From positions 480,001 through 512,000 of the forward strand of contig OY970071.1 of the NCBI GenBank assembly GCA_963705375.1: 32,000 nt of DNA, written 5' to 3'. The notes beneath the pieces are model-generated. The model had not been told where the DNA came from and did no database searches. It was given only the letters and a program-made list of their open reading frames with translations. This DNA comes from Candidatus Saccharimonadota bacterium (lineage in GTDB: Archaea; Micrarchaeota; Micrarchaeia; Micrarchaeales; Micrarchaeaceae). Below, piece by piece: positions 1-8,585 of this stretch. A program made the translations under genes and the position numbers. Numbering within the stretch: position 1 is the first letter of the stretch; each line of letters starts with the position of its first letter.

Positions 1-608
1 AATTCTGCCAGGTTGTCTGCCAGCGTCGGGTTGTTGCGCTGGTCGTTCACTATCCTGACGTTCTCTTTGTTCTTGAGTTTGCTTATGAGCCATGATGCAA
101 AGTTGACCTTGTTCATGCCACCAACACCGTACAAGACAGAGGTTCTTGCCACTAGGTAGTTCATATCCAATGCCGCAAGCACGTATTCGGCAATAAGTTT
201 TGTCTTTGCATAATAATTCAAGGGGTGCGGCTTGTCCTTCTCTGTGTATCTGAGCTTTCTTCCGTCAAAGACATCATCTGTAGACAGGAATATGTATTTG
301 GACCCAAAGTTCTTGCATGCTTCTGCGACGTTTCTTGAGCCATTAACATTCACATCCCATGCCTCAGTTATGTGCGTCTCACAGTAATCCAGATTGTGCA
401 AGGCGTGCGTATCCACAACGCAATCAGGTTTTATCTTATCAATTAGCTTGAAAACACTCTCCCTGTTTGTCACGTCTAATTTGAACGCATTCTTGGCATC
501 CACTTCATGCAGATTGTAGGTCCCAAATACGTCGAACCTGTCCTTTGCTATGCTGCCCAGCCTGCTGCCGAGCAAACCACTACAACCAATTATCAGTAGC
601 CTCTCCAC
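1..608 (-). CDS. rmlD: dTDP-4-dehydrorhamnose reductase (RmlD family); the C-terminal part lies outside the window
   Basis: Hand translation of the minus strand from GTG at 608 gives VERLLIIGCSGLLGSRLG (Rossmann glycine motif), FLSTDDVFDG, NYYAKTKLIAE (YxxxK) and VNDQRNNPT. The frame stays open to position 1. It is absent from the ORF track because it runs off the edge. Confidence 0.75.
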   Translation of the reverse strand, partial: MERLLIIGCSGLLGSRLGSIAKDRFDVFGTYNLHEVDAKNAFKLDVTNRESVFKLIDKIKPDCVVDTHALHNLDYCETHITEAWDVNVNGSRNVAEACKNFGSKYIFLSTDDVFDGRKLRYTEKDKPHPLNYYAKTKLIAEYVLAALDMNYLVARTSVLYGVGGMNKVNFASWLISKLKNKENVRIVNDQRNNPTLADNLAE

Positions 609-668
609 GATAAGATATTAATAACATAATATATTTAAATGTTTATAAGATATTAATACTCGATCTAA
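609..668. promoter_or_regulatory. AT-rich divergent promoter between rmlD and rmlA containing a 14-bp direct repeat
   Basis: ATAAGATATTAATA occurs at 610-623 and 645-658. TATA-like TTTAAAT/TTTATAAG boxes lie about 27-30 nt from both start codons (608 minus, 669 plus), consistent with leaderless transcripts. Confidence 0.45.
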
Positions 669-1415
669 ATGTGGGGCATAATACTGGCAGGGGGCGAAGG
701 GACAAGGCTTAATCCAATTACAAGGGTCACAAACAAGCATCTTTTGCCAGTATACAATAAGCCCATGATCTACTACCCCTTAGAGTTTCTCATAAGCGTC
801 GGTATAAGAGACATAATACTCGTGACGGGAAAGGAGCATGCAGGCCGCTTTGCAGACCTGCTCGGCGATGGCAGCAGATTCAACGTAAACATCACATACA
901 AGGTACAGGAAGGGGCATTGGGCATAGCACACGCATTGGGACTAACAGAGAACGTGGTCAGAGGCGAACCGATAATAACAATGCTAGGCGATAATGTACT
1001 TGCAGCAAATAATGAAGAAATAAAAAGTATTAAGGAGCTGGTCACGAATTTCGGAAAAAAGGCCAGCGGCGCAGTGATATTCCTTAAAGAGGTTGAAGAC
1101 CCAGAGCGTTTTGGGGTTCCGGAGTTTGACGATAACAAGAGAATAAAGAGTATAGAGGAAAAACCAAAAGAGCCGAAGTCCAAATGTGCCGTTATTGGTT
1201 TGTATATGTATGATAAAACGGTCTTCGACAAGATAAGGACATTGAAGCCGTCTTGGCGCAACGAATTGGAGTTGACAGACGTGAACAACGCGTACATTGC
1301 AGAAAAAAAGCTTGAGTATCATGTTATAAAAGGGATGTGGACCGATGCAGGAACTTTTGAATCGCTGTTCAAGGCAACTTCAATAGCAAGGGAGTCGCAT
1401 ATTGGAAAACAGTGA
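669..1415 (+). CDS. rmlA: Glucose-1-phosphate thymidylyltransferase-like sugar nucleotidyltransferase (short archaeal form)
   Basis: N-terminal GIILAGGEGTRLNPIT..KHLLPV nucleotidyltransferase signature. 248 aa. Sits directly beside rmlC and rmlD. Confidence 0.8.
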   Translation: MWGIILAGGEGTRLNPITRVTNKHLLPVYNKPMIYYPLEFLISVGIRDIILVTGKEHAGRFADLLGDGSRFNVNITYKVQEGALGIAHALGLTENVVRGEPIITMLGDNVLAANNEEIKSIKELVTNFGKKASGAVIFLKEVEDPERFGVPEFDDNKRIKSIEEKPKEPKSKCAVIGLYMYDKTVFDKIRTLKPSWRNELELTDVNNAYIAEKKLEYHVIKGMWTDAGTFESLFKATSIARESHIGKQ

Positions 1416-1419
1416 TCCG

Positions 1420-1965
1420 ATGGCGTTCAGATTCAAGAGATTGAAAATTCCTGAGGTTGTCCTGATCGAATCGGATCTGTACACAGATAATAGGGGCGCA
1501 TTTACAGAAGTTTACAAAGCGTCAGAGTTCAAAAGTAACAAAATACCATGCAGATTTGTACAAAGCAGCTATTCCAAATCAAGGAAGAACGTACTGCGTG
1601 GTCTGCATTACCAGGCAGGACCAAAAGCGCAAGGCAAATTGGTAAAGGTCGTACACGGGCGCGTATTTGATGTTGCAGTAGATCTGAGGAAGAATTCGGA
1701 AAGTTTTGCGCGTTGGGTAAGCGTCGAACTATCTGAAGAAAATGGCAGAATGCTTTGGGTGCCCGAAGGGTTTGCGCACGGATTCCTTGCACTTGAAGAC
1801 AATACTAGCGTGCTGTATCAGTTCACAAGAGAATACTCGAAAGCACACGGCAGAGGCATAATATGGAAAGATCCGGTCATAAATATAGCGTGGCCTATAA
1901 GGAATCCCATACTTTCAGAAAACGATAAGGCGCTACCCGAATTGAGTTCTGTGGACAATCTGTGA
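1420..1965 (+). CDS. rmlC: dTDP-4-dehydrorhamnose 3,5-epimerase
   Basis: DNRGAFTEVY, RGLHYQ, KLVKVVHGRVFDVAVDLR and VPEGFAHGF cupin motifs typical of RmlC. The ATG at 1420 lies 4 nt after the rmlA stop. The track start at 1402 is a TTG inside rmlA. Confidence 0.85.
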   Translation: MAFRFKRLKIPEVVLIESDLYTDNRGAFTEVYKASEFKSNKIPCRFVQSSYSKSRKNVLRGLHYQAGPKAQGKLVKVVHGRVFDVAVDLRKNSESFARWVSVELSEENGRMLWVPEGFAHGFLALEDNTSVLYQFTREYSKAHGRGIIWKDPVINIAWPIRNPILSENDKALPELSSVDNL

Positions 1966-2182
1966 TACACTCCAAAATCTGACACTATCTTTCTGGCAGA
2001 CAGATTCTGCTCTGGCAACATGTGCTTCAGTTGCACCACAGAATATATAAATAATGACATAAGAATATTCAAGGTCAAGCACAGTCGGGCACGCTTACTT
2101 GATAAAGAGAGTATTGTGTCTGCTCGTGAGCTTGGCATGCTCTGATTGAAGGTGCACTTGCAAAGATTGTAGGTTTGATAAT

Positions 2183-2887
2183 ATGACCGTCAAAGACAAA
2201 GTAGGCAGATTCGTATACAACAAACTTAATGTAGGCAACCTGCTAGCCCCATATGCTGTACAAAAACTATCAGCAGGCAATGGGGCCAAGAGCATAGAGC
2301 AAGCTATGGATTTTGCATTCAACTTCAATTGCTTTGAAATAAGAATAGCTCCGCAGCAGGTAAGATCAGAGCTAGCAGGCCTGCTTGAGATTGTGAAAGA
2401 GCTAAAGCCAAAGACCATACTTGAGATAGGCTCTGCTAGCGGGGGCACATTATACCTATTCTCAAAGTTCGCAGCTGAAAAGGCCAAGATAATAAGCATA
2501 GATATGGGCCATCCGGCATGGCGTGAAAAGACATACAAGGCATCTGTTCTTCCAAGCCAAGAGCTTAACCTGCTTAAATTAGATTCACATGATGCAACAA
2601 CACTAGAGCGCGTCAAAGGCATCCTGGCAGGTTCATCTATAGATTTCCTGTTCATAGATGGAGATCATTCATATAAGGGAGTCCGGAGGGATTTTGAACT
2701 GTATTCCGAATTGGTAGCGAAGGATGGGCTTATCGCATTGCACGACATAGCCAGGCATCCTATCGAAACCGGCTGCGAAGTGGACAGATTCTGGAATGAG
2801 ATCAAGGACAAGTACAATAGCAAGGAATTGATTGAGAACCAAGATCAAAGATGGGGAGGCATAGGCGTTCTTAAGGTAACTAGGTAA
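2183..2887 (+). CDS. Class I SAM-dependent methyltransferase (CmcI/Methyltransf_24-like), probable sugar O-methyltransferase
   Basis: ILEIGSASGGT glycine-rich SAM loop and FLFIDGDHSYKGVRRDFELY motif. Glycan-cluster context. Confidence 0.6.
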   Translation: MTVKDKVGRFVYNKLNVGNLLAPYAVQKLSAGNGAKSIEQAMDFAFNFNCFEIRIAPQQVRSELAGLLEIVKELKPKTILEIGSASGGTLYLFSKFAAEKAKIISIDMGHPAWREKTYKASVLPSQELNLLKLDSHDATTLERVKGILAGSSIDFLFIDGDHSYKGVRRDFELYSELVAKDGLIALHDIARHPIETGCEVDRFWNEIKDKYNSKELIENQDQRWGGIGVLKVTR

Positions 2888-2941
2888 GAATTTGTCGTAA
2901 TCTACCTAGTGCCTTTGTAAGTTTGAATCTCGTCTAATTGC

Positions 2942-3889
2942 ATGGTAGAATTGATCAATATGAAGAGAGTCGTAATAATAATTCTGAATTATAACGGACT
3001 AGCTATAAAGTTCAAAGGGAGAGGCATTATACAACTGTGCTTGGAGCACCTGATGCGCACTAATTACGATAATTATAGGATAGTTGTCGAAGACGACCAT
3101 TCAACAGACAGATCTATCGAATATTTAAGGTCCAAGAATGTCGATCTGATAGCGCTGAAAAAGAATCTCTACCACATTTCAAGAGAGTGCAACATAGGCA
3201 TTATGCATTCGCTTAGAAAATATCATCCGGATTATATTGTTCTATTGAACGACGACATTATAATAAAAGATAGGAATTGGCTCACTAAACTGGTTAATGC
3301 TGCTGAAACGACTGGTGCAGGAGTTGTTGGTTGCAATCTTGTAGAGCCGACGAATGCAGAAGAACACGAACAACAGAACAGACCATACGATCACAGAACA
3401 GATGAAGTGGAGAGTGTGATCGGGGCGTGCATGCTGATCAGCAAAGAAGCGTTAAAAACAGTCGGAATGTTCGATGAAGAGTTTCTCTCTGGCGAAGAGG
3501 ATTTGGATTACTGTTTAAGGGTCAAGGCAGCAGGACTCAAGGTTATACGAAACAATCAAGTAAACCTGATACATCTGGAAGGCATATCGACTATAAAGCA
3601 AAAAGGCACACGGGTGGTGGAATGGCGGTTCTATGGTGACTCGATAAGTAAAATTCATTTTATTAAAAAGCATTATCAGACACCCGTACTCCGAAAGAAG
3701 ATTTCAACAATCCTAGACTATTTCGGTTCGTGCATAATACAGAGGTATGCGTTGGATAAGAAAAGAGGCCAGTTCGGGTTTGCATTAAAGAATCGGAAAC
3801 TCTGGAGATTGAAAGAGGCAACTCGCGTTTTACTGTACACACTTACGCACGAATCCATGCCAACTCAGAGAACCTTCATGAAGGCATAG
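2942..3889 (+). CDS. Glycosyltransferase family 2
   Basis: VVIIILNYNG start, EDDHSTD, LLNDDIII (DxD region) and GACMLISKEAL..GMFDEEF typical of GT2. An alternative ATG lies at 2960. Confidence 0.7.
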   Translation: MVELINMKRVVIIILNYNGLAIKFKGRGIIQLCLEHLMRTNYDNYRIVVEDDHSTDRSIEYLRSKNVDLIALKKNLYHISRECNIGIMHSLRKYHPDYIVLLNDDIIIKDRNWLTKLVNAAETTGAGVVGCNLVEPTNAEEHEQQNRPYDHRTDEVESVIGACMLISKEALKTVGMFDEEFLSGEEDLDYCLRVKAAGLKVIRNNQVNLIHLEGISTIKQKGTRVVEWRFYGDSISKIHFIKKHYQTPVLRKKISTILDYFGSCIIQRYALDKKRGQFGFALKNRKLWRLKEATRVLLYTLTHESMPTQRTFMKA

Positions 3890-4168
3890 AGGATAGATGA
3901 GAATACATGACGTTGCTTTTAGTAAAATCAAATAACCAGACTGCATCTGAGAAAAAAAGGATTTTCACGGGGGAGCCACGATGAAGGGCACGGCCACCAT
4001 AAAGCATACAGTTTTGATCATTGAGTGGAAATGCGGACTTTGGCCTCACTGCAGCATATATAAATAACAACGCTGGATATTTAATGTCGACCACAAGTAA
4101 GTTACGTGCTCAAGCAAAAAACATACGGAGTGGCTGCTTGTAAGATTGATGGACTCTGATAGAGGAGG

Positions 4169-5254
4169 ATGCGCTTGCAAAGATTATCCGTTCTGATATT
4201 CTCCAAAGATGATGTGGACAAGGCTACAGCCCTTATAAAAGACATATATTCGATCGCAGACCAGATTGTGGTGATAGATTCCAGCAGCAAGAGCAATCTC
4301 AAAAGGCTGGAAGCAATCAAAAAGAAGATGAGACTGAAGAAACTCGAGATATTTCACACAGTGGCACTGGGTTATGCGGATCCGCTCCGCATGTTTGGAT
4401 TGCATAAGTGCAGGTACGACTGGGTGCTCCACCTTGACACTGACGAGAGAGTGAACGAAGCGCTTAAGAATGATGTCAAAAGCGTGGTAGGCAGCACAGG
4501 GGCGCATGCATTCGCAATAAAACGGTATGAGGAAGCGCATCTGAACGGAGAGACGACCTCGTTCTTCACTTGGCAGATACGGCTCTACAACAGAAATTTC
4601 GTGAGATTCAAGGGCATAACCCATGAACAGCCGATCGTGGACGGCACAGTGGAGAGGCTAGATGATAAATACAAGATGCTGCACATCGCAGAGCTCCAGG
4701 GGAAGGCTTCGCACGAGTACACAAAGATGGAGATGTTCGAGCGCTTTTCATATGAGGCATTCAACGAAAGGATACTGGACTATGCTTTCAAGGCGATGAT
4801 GCCCGCCCAGAGGGACTTCAAAAAGACTGCTCTTGGAAAGGTAATATACGACGTGCTCCGCATTTATGAAGCACTGACGTTCAGGAAGGCAGATGAAGAG
4901 ATAAGCAACCTTGATTATTTTACATTGTATTCGTTGAGGGACTTGGCGTTCCAGATAAAGATGCGGCATTTTAAGGCGCACCAGATAGAAGAACGGCGTT
5001 GGGAAGGCATGGCCAGCATACTGCCGAACAGGATGACCTATATCAGTAGACTCAATAAATGGCGCAGCGCCAAGAACAGCAAGGCAATATTCGAGATTGC
5101 AAAGAACATAGAGAAAGATGGGATAATAAGATACCTGAGGCTTGATGATGACGATACAATCCGCGAGCTAAATGAAAAGTATGAAGGAAAGAAGCAGGGA
5201 GTCGACCTTTTGATCAAACTGCTAGAGGACAGATACTACGGCAGAGATTCGTAG
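4169..5254 (+). CDS. GT2-like glycosyltransferase with a helical C-terminal extension
   Basis: LSVLIFSKDD, VVIDSSS and HLDTDERV (DxD) in the first ~170 aa. GGAGG at 4164-4168 abuts the ATG at 4169, so the TTG at 4175 (6-nt spacer) is an alternative start. Confidence 0.55.
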   Translation: MRLQRLSVLIFSKDDVDKATALIKDIYSIADQIVVIDSSSKSNLKRLEAIKKKMRLKKLEIFHTVALGYADPLRMFGLHKCRYDWVLHLDTDERVNEALKNDVKSVVGSTGAHAFAIKRYEEAHLNGETTSFFTWQIRLYNRNFVRFKGITHEQPIVDGTVERLDDKYKMLHIAELQGKASHEYTKMEMFERFSYEAFNERILDYAFKAMMPAQRDFKKTALGKVIYDVLRIYEALTFRKADEEISNLDYFTLYSLRDLAFQIKMRHFKAHQIEERRWEGMASILPNRMTYISRLNKWRSAKNSKAIFEIAKNIEKDGIIRYLRLDDDDTIRELNEKYEGKKQGVDLLIKLLEDRYYGRDS

Positions 5255-5273
5255 TCTAGAAATCATGGTCTGT

Positions 5274-6878
5274 TCATTCTCTGCGTATGGCGTTGTTGAC
5301 CGAAATAATCTTTCTTTTTCGTCTCATCTTCTTGTAGAGCCGGAACATTAATTGCAGTAGACCTAAATCGTTCATTGCTTTAGCCAATGGACTAACGACG
5401 TTGAATCGCATATTGCAATTCCTGCAAGTCAAGAAAGCCCAATAGAAAGATCTGTTAACCATCAAGAAGCAATTCTTGTATAAAATTTCTTTGTTGCAGA
5501 ACGGACATTTAACATTCAGACTGTAGCCACGCCCTTCTTTTTTGACTGAATTTGGCACCACATACTTCTCGTATTTGGACATGTATTTTTGGATCAGCTT
5601 GTCTAATTTTTCTATCTCTTCATCAGTCATGGACTCGGTCATGTTGTAAGTTTCGTCAGTGGCCATATTTTCCTCTATGAACGTCAGCTTATCTTTGATG
5701 ACGCCCTTCTCTATGCTTCTCGTGTACATTTCGCTCTTAGGATACGGTTGTATGAAACCCAGATTCACCTGGCCCATAGAATTATCCTTCCAGTAGTTCA
5801 GTGTTTCCATGGCAGTATTCCAAGTTTCTGCAGTATCGCCAAAAATAAAATTGGCCTGGACACCCATTCTAGCATCTAACGTCATTTTGAAAGCTTCATT
5901 TATTTGTTGGGGGGTTATGGGTTTTTTCATGCTTTTTAAAACTTCCTGGCTATAGCTTTCGAACCCGTAACTTATTATTTCGCAGCCTGACGCTTTCATG
6001 GTATTCAATAATTCTTTGTCCATTGTTCTGACTGACATCTGGCAGGTCCATTTTAAGTCGTAAGGCTTTATTCTATTTGAGAATTCCACTATCCTTTCCC
6101 TTTTCAAAGAGAACAAATCGTCATAAATTACCAATGTGTTTATTTTGTACTTCTTTACTGCCAGGTCTATTTCTTCGAATACATTATCCAAACTTCTTTC
6201 TCTATACACGCTGCCAATAGAATGATAGCAGAAGGTGCATTGGAATGGGCAGGACCTGCTGGCCAATATCGGATAAACTCTTGGTTCGTCAAAATAATTA
6301 TTGTAGTACCAACGGTTTGTAAATTGATTTTCAACGAACTCTTTGAACCCTAGTCCCTCCATATCTGGGAAGGGGATCTCGTCTATATTCTTAATCAGCG
6401 CTCTCTGGTTTGTCATACCAGAAGCATGGATTATGCCGTCAACGCCCTCTATGGTTTTTTTACCTTCAACCGCACCTAACAGATCGATTATGGTTTTTTC
6501 ACCTTCGCCGATTACGCCATAATCTGGATTAAGCGACTTGAAAATAAGTTCTGGCTCGCTAGTTATCATTGCTCCGCCTAAGATAATTTTTGGATGGTGA
6601 TTGTGATGTTCGCCAGAAAGTCTTATTGTATTGAATATGTCGCGCACCATAGAGTATCCTATCCCTATGTGCCCCGTGGCCACAACATCATAGCCATGTG
6701 ATAGCTTGTCTGAAAGTATATCTGACACATTTCCTGCAGCATGATTCAGATTTAGACACTCCACCTCGTGCTCTTGCTTCATGACAGAGGATATGTAGCC
6801 CAAGCCCAATGGAAACAGGTAATTGTAGTCCGGTGTGGCGCTGTTGCTATATCTTGGAACTACCAATAATATCTTCAT
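5274..6878 (-). CDS. B12-binding-domain radical SAM enzyme (class B, methyltransferase-like) with a C-terminal CxxC...CxxC zinc ribbon
   Basis: N-terminal MKILLVVPRY...PLGLGYISSVMKQEHEVECLNLNH resembles a cobalamin-binding domain. SRSCPFQCTFCYH is the CX3CX2C radical SAM motif. The C-terminus has CPFCNKE...CRNCN followed by a basic tail. Confidence 0.8.
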   Translation of the reverse strand: MKILLVVPRYSNSATPDYNYLFPLGLGYISSVMKQEHEVECLNLNHAAGNVSDILSDKLSHGYDVVATGHIGIGYSMVRDIFNTIRLSGEHHNHHPKIILGGAMITSEPELIFKSLNPDYGVIGEGEKTIIDLLGAVEGKKTIEGVDGIIHASGMTNQRALIKNIDEIPFPDMEGLGFKEFVENQFTNRWYYNNYFDEPRVYPILASRSCPFQCTFCYHSIGSVYRERSLDNVFEEIDLAVKKYKINTLVIYDDLFSLKRERIVEFSNRIKPYDLKWTCQMSVRTMDKELLNTMKASGCEIISYGFESYSQEVLKSMKKPITPQQINEAFKMTLDARMGVQANFIFGDTAETWNTAMETLNYWKDNSMGQVNLGFIQPYPKSEMYTRSIEKGVIKDKLTFIEENMATDETYNMTESMTDEEIEKLDKLIQKYMSKYEKYVVPNSVKKEGRGYSLNVKCPFCNKEILYKNCFLMVNRSFYWAFLTCRNCNMRFNVVSPLAKAMNDLGLLQLMFRLYKKMRRKRKIISVNNAIRRE

Positions 6879-7093
6879 TTTAGACTCCCCAAACTATTGA
6901 TAAGACATGCACCATCATTTCCTTGTTTAAAAACGTTGTCTATGTCGAATGCGCACACCTTCAGCGCCTTGCCTGCAGATGATATTGATAATGGAAGCCC
7001 TACAGGATCAAACCGGCCTATAACACACAGATCATAATGCATCCGCACACCATTTTTCGCCTGACTTAGGAGCCAGAGGGCAACTTTAGGCAA
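6875..7093 (-). CDS. Small hypothetical ORF (72 codons from TTG, 56 from the ATG at 7042) coupled to the radical SAM gene
   Basis: Its TGA overlaps the radical SAM ATG (ATGA at 6875-6878). A TATA-like ATATATATAA at 7119-7128 is about 30 nt upstream of the TTG at 7093. There is no recognisable family, so it could also be a 5' leader. Confidence 0.3.
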   Translation of the reverse strand: MPKVALWLLSQAKNGVRMHYDLCVIGRFDPVGLPLSISSAGKALKVCAFDIDNVFKQGNDGACLINSLGSLK

Positions 7094-7247
7094 GCCACTA
7101 GTTGATAAGGTTCCTCAGATATATATAACTAATCTTCAAGGCGTACAAATTAGATTTCGGATATTCACACGTTCTCGACCGACAAACTTTATATACTCGA
7201 ACGCATGATGCATAAAAATAATAATGGCTTTATCCTTATGTTAAAGC
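7094..7247. promoter_or_regulatory. Divergent promoter region between the small-ORF/radical-SAM unit and rfbH
   Basis: ATATATATAA at 7119-7128 serves the minus unit. CATAAAAATAATAA at 7211-7224 is about 27-30 nt upstream of the rfbH ATG at 7248. Confidence 0.45.
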
Positions 7248-8576
7248 ATGATGCCGAACACCGCACAAGATGCTATCAGAGAAGAGATACTCAAAAAGGT
7301 GAAACAGTTCTCTGACCTCAGGACAGAGCAAGAGTTTGTTCCTGGCAAGACAAGGATACCTTACGCCGGCAGAGTCTACAATTACGAAGAGATGACGACG
7401 CTAGTGGATAGTGCGCTTGATTTCTGGCTCACTGCCGGAAAGTACGCTGAACGCTTTGAGAAGGAGTTTGCAGAATTCTTCGGCACAAAGTATTGCGCCC
7501 TTACAAACTCTGGCTCGTCCGCAAATCTGCTTGCGCTTTCTGCGCTTACAAGCAATGCACTCGGAAAAGACAAGCTTAGGCGCGGAGACAAAGTAATAAC
7601 CTGCGCCACAGGCTTCCCGACAACGCTCAACCCGATATACCAGAATGGCCTCATACCGATCTTCGTCGACGTAGAGATAGGCACGTACAACCCACTTCCG
7701 GCCGGAATAGAGGAAGCTGTGGAAAAAGGGGCCAGGGCAATAATGCTGGCGCACACACTTGGAAACCCCTTCGACCTTGACACTACAATGAAGGTCGCTA
7801 AAGAGCATGGGCTCTATGTCATAGAGGACTGTTGCGACGCGGCAGGTGCCAGGTGGGATGGAAAGCCTGTAGGGACTTTTGGAGATTTTGGAACTGTGAG
7901 CTTCTATCCTGCACACCAGATGACCATGGGAGAGGGAGGCGCAGTTATGACTTCCAATGCTATTTACAAGAAACTTGTTGAGTCTTTCCGCGACTGGGGA
8001 AGGGATTGCTACTGCCAAGCCGGCAAGGACAACACATGCGGAAAGAGGTTCGTACAGAAGATGGGAGAACTTCCGATGGGCTACGACCACAAATACACAT
8101 ATTCGAATATCGGGTACAACCTAAAGGCCACAGACATGCAAGCGGCCGTAGGGGTCGCCCAGCTCAAGAAGTTGCCGGAGTTCTTGAGAAAGAGAAGAGA
8201 GAACTTCCAGTTCCTCCTAGCCAACCTCAAGGAGCACGATGACAAGTTCATAATGCCTGAAAAGTACGCAAAGGCAGAAATCAGCCCGTTTGGATTTCCA
8301 CTATCAGTCAGAAAGGATGCCAACTTTACCAAGAATGATATCGTTGAACGATTGGAATCCAAAGGCATACAGACCAGGATGCTGTTCGGGGGCAACTTGG
8401 TAAGGCAGCCTGCCTATATAGGAATGGAACAGGAACGAGTAGGAAAACTTGAGAATTCAGACTTCGTAATGAACAACACCTTCTGGATAGGCGTTTATCC
8501 TGGACTTACCAAGCAGATGCTAGAGTATGTCATAAGTGTGTTCGAGGAGTTCGTAAAAGAAAAGGCAGGCAGGTAG
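7248..8576 (+). CDS. rfbH: CDP-6-deoxy-L-threo-D-glycero-4-hexulose 3-dehydrase (E1; RfbH/DdhC/AscC type), PMP- and [2Fe-2S]-dependent
   Basis: DegT-fold protein of 442 aa. I counted an exact C-X57-C-X1-C-X7-C pattern (EDCC...57 residues...CYCQAGKDNTC). SFYPAHQMTMGEGG carries His where aminotransferases have the PLP lysine. Confidence 0.8.
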   Translation: MMPNTAQDAIREEILKKVKQFSDLRTEQEFVPGKTRIPYAGRVYNYEEMTTLVDSALDFWLTAGKYAERFEKEFAEFFGTKYCALTNSGSSANLLALSALTSNALGKDKLRRGDKVITCATGFPTTLNPIYQNGLIPIFVDVEIGTYNPLPAGIEEAVEKGARAIMLAHTLGNPFDLDTTMKVAKEHGLYVIEDCCDAAGARWDGKPVGTFGDFGTVSFYPAHQMTMGEGGAVMTSNAIYKKLVESFRDWGRDCYCQAGKDNTCGKRFVQKMGELPMGYDHKYTYSNIGYNLKATDMQAAVGVAQLKKLPEFLRKRRENFQFLLANLKEHDDKFIMPEKYAKAEISPFGFPLSVRKDANFTKNDIVERLESKGIQTRMLFGGNLVRQPAYIGMEQERVGKLENSDFVMNNTFWIGVYPGLTKQMLEYVISVFEEFVKEKAGR

Positions 8577-8585
8577 CAAAAAGGC

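Noticed and set aside
1818-2655. Minus-strand ORFs 1818-2138 (106 aa) and 2095-2655 (186 aa)
   Set aside because: They are antisense to rmlC and to the methyltransferase gene, which have clear family motifs. Their translations are Ser/Leu-rich with no recognisable domain.
3876-4320. Two 72-aa minus-strand ORFs (3876-4094, 4102-4320) and a 27-codon plus-strand ORF (about 3981-4064) in or near the 280-bp gap between the two GT2 genes
   Set aside because: They have no motifs. They overlap the ends or starts of better-supported genes, or are too short to support. The gap more likely holds the promoter (ATATATAAATAA near 4056-4068) and 5' UTR of the 4169 gene.
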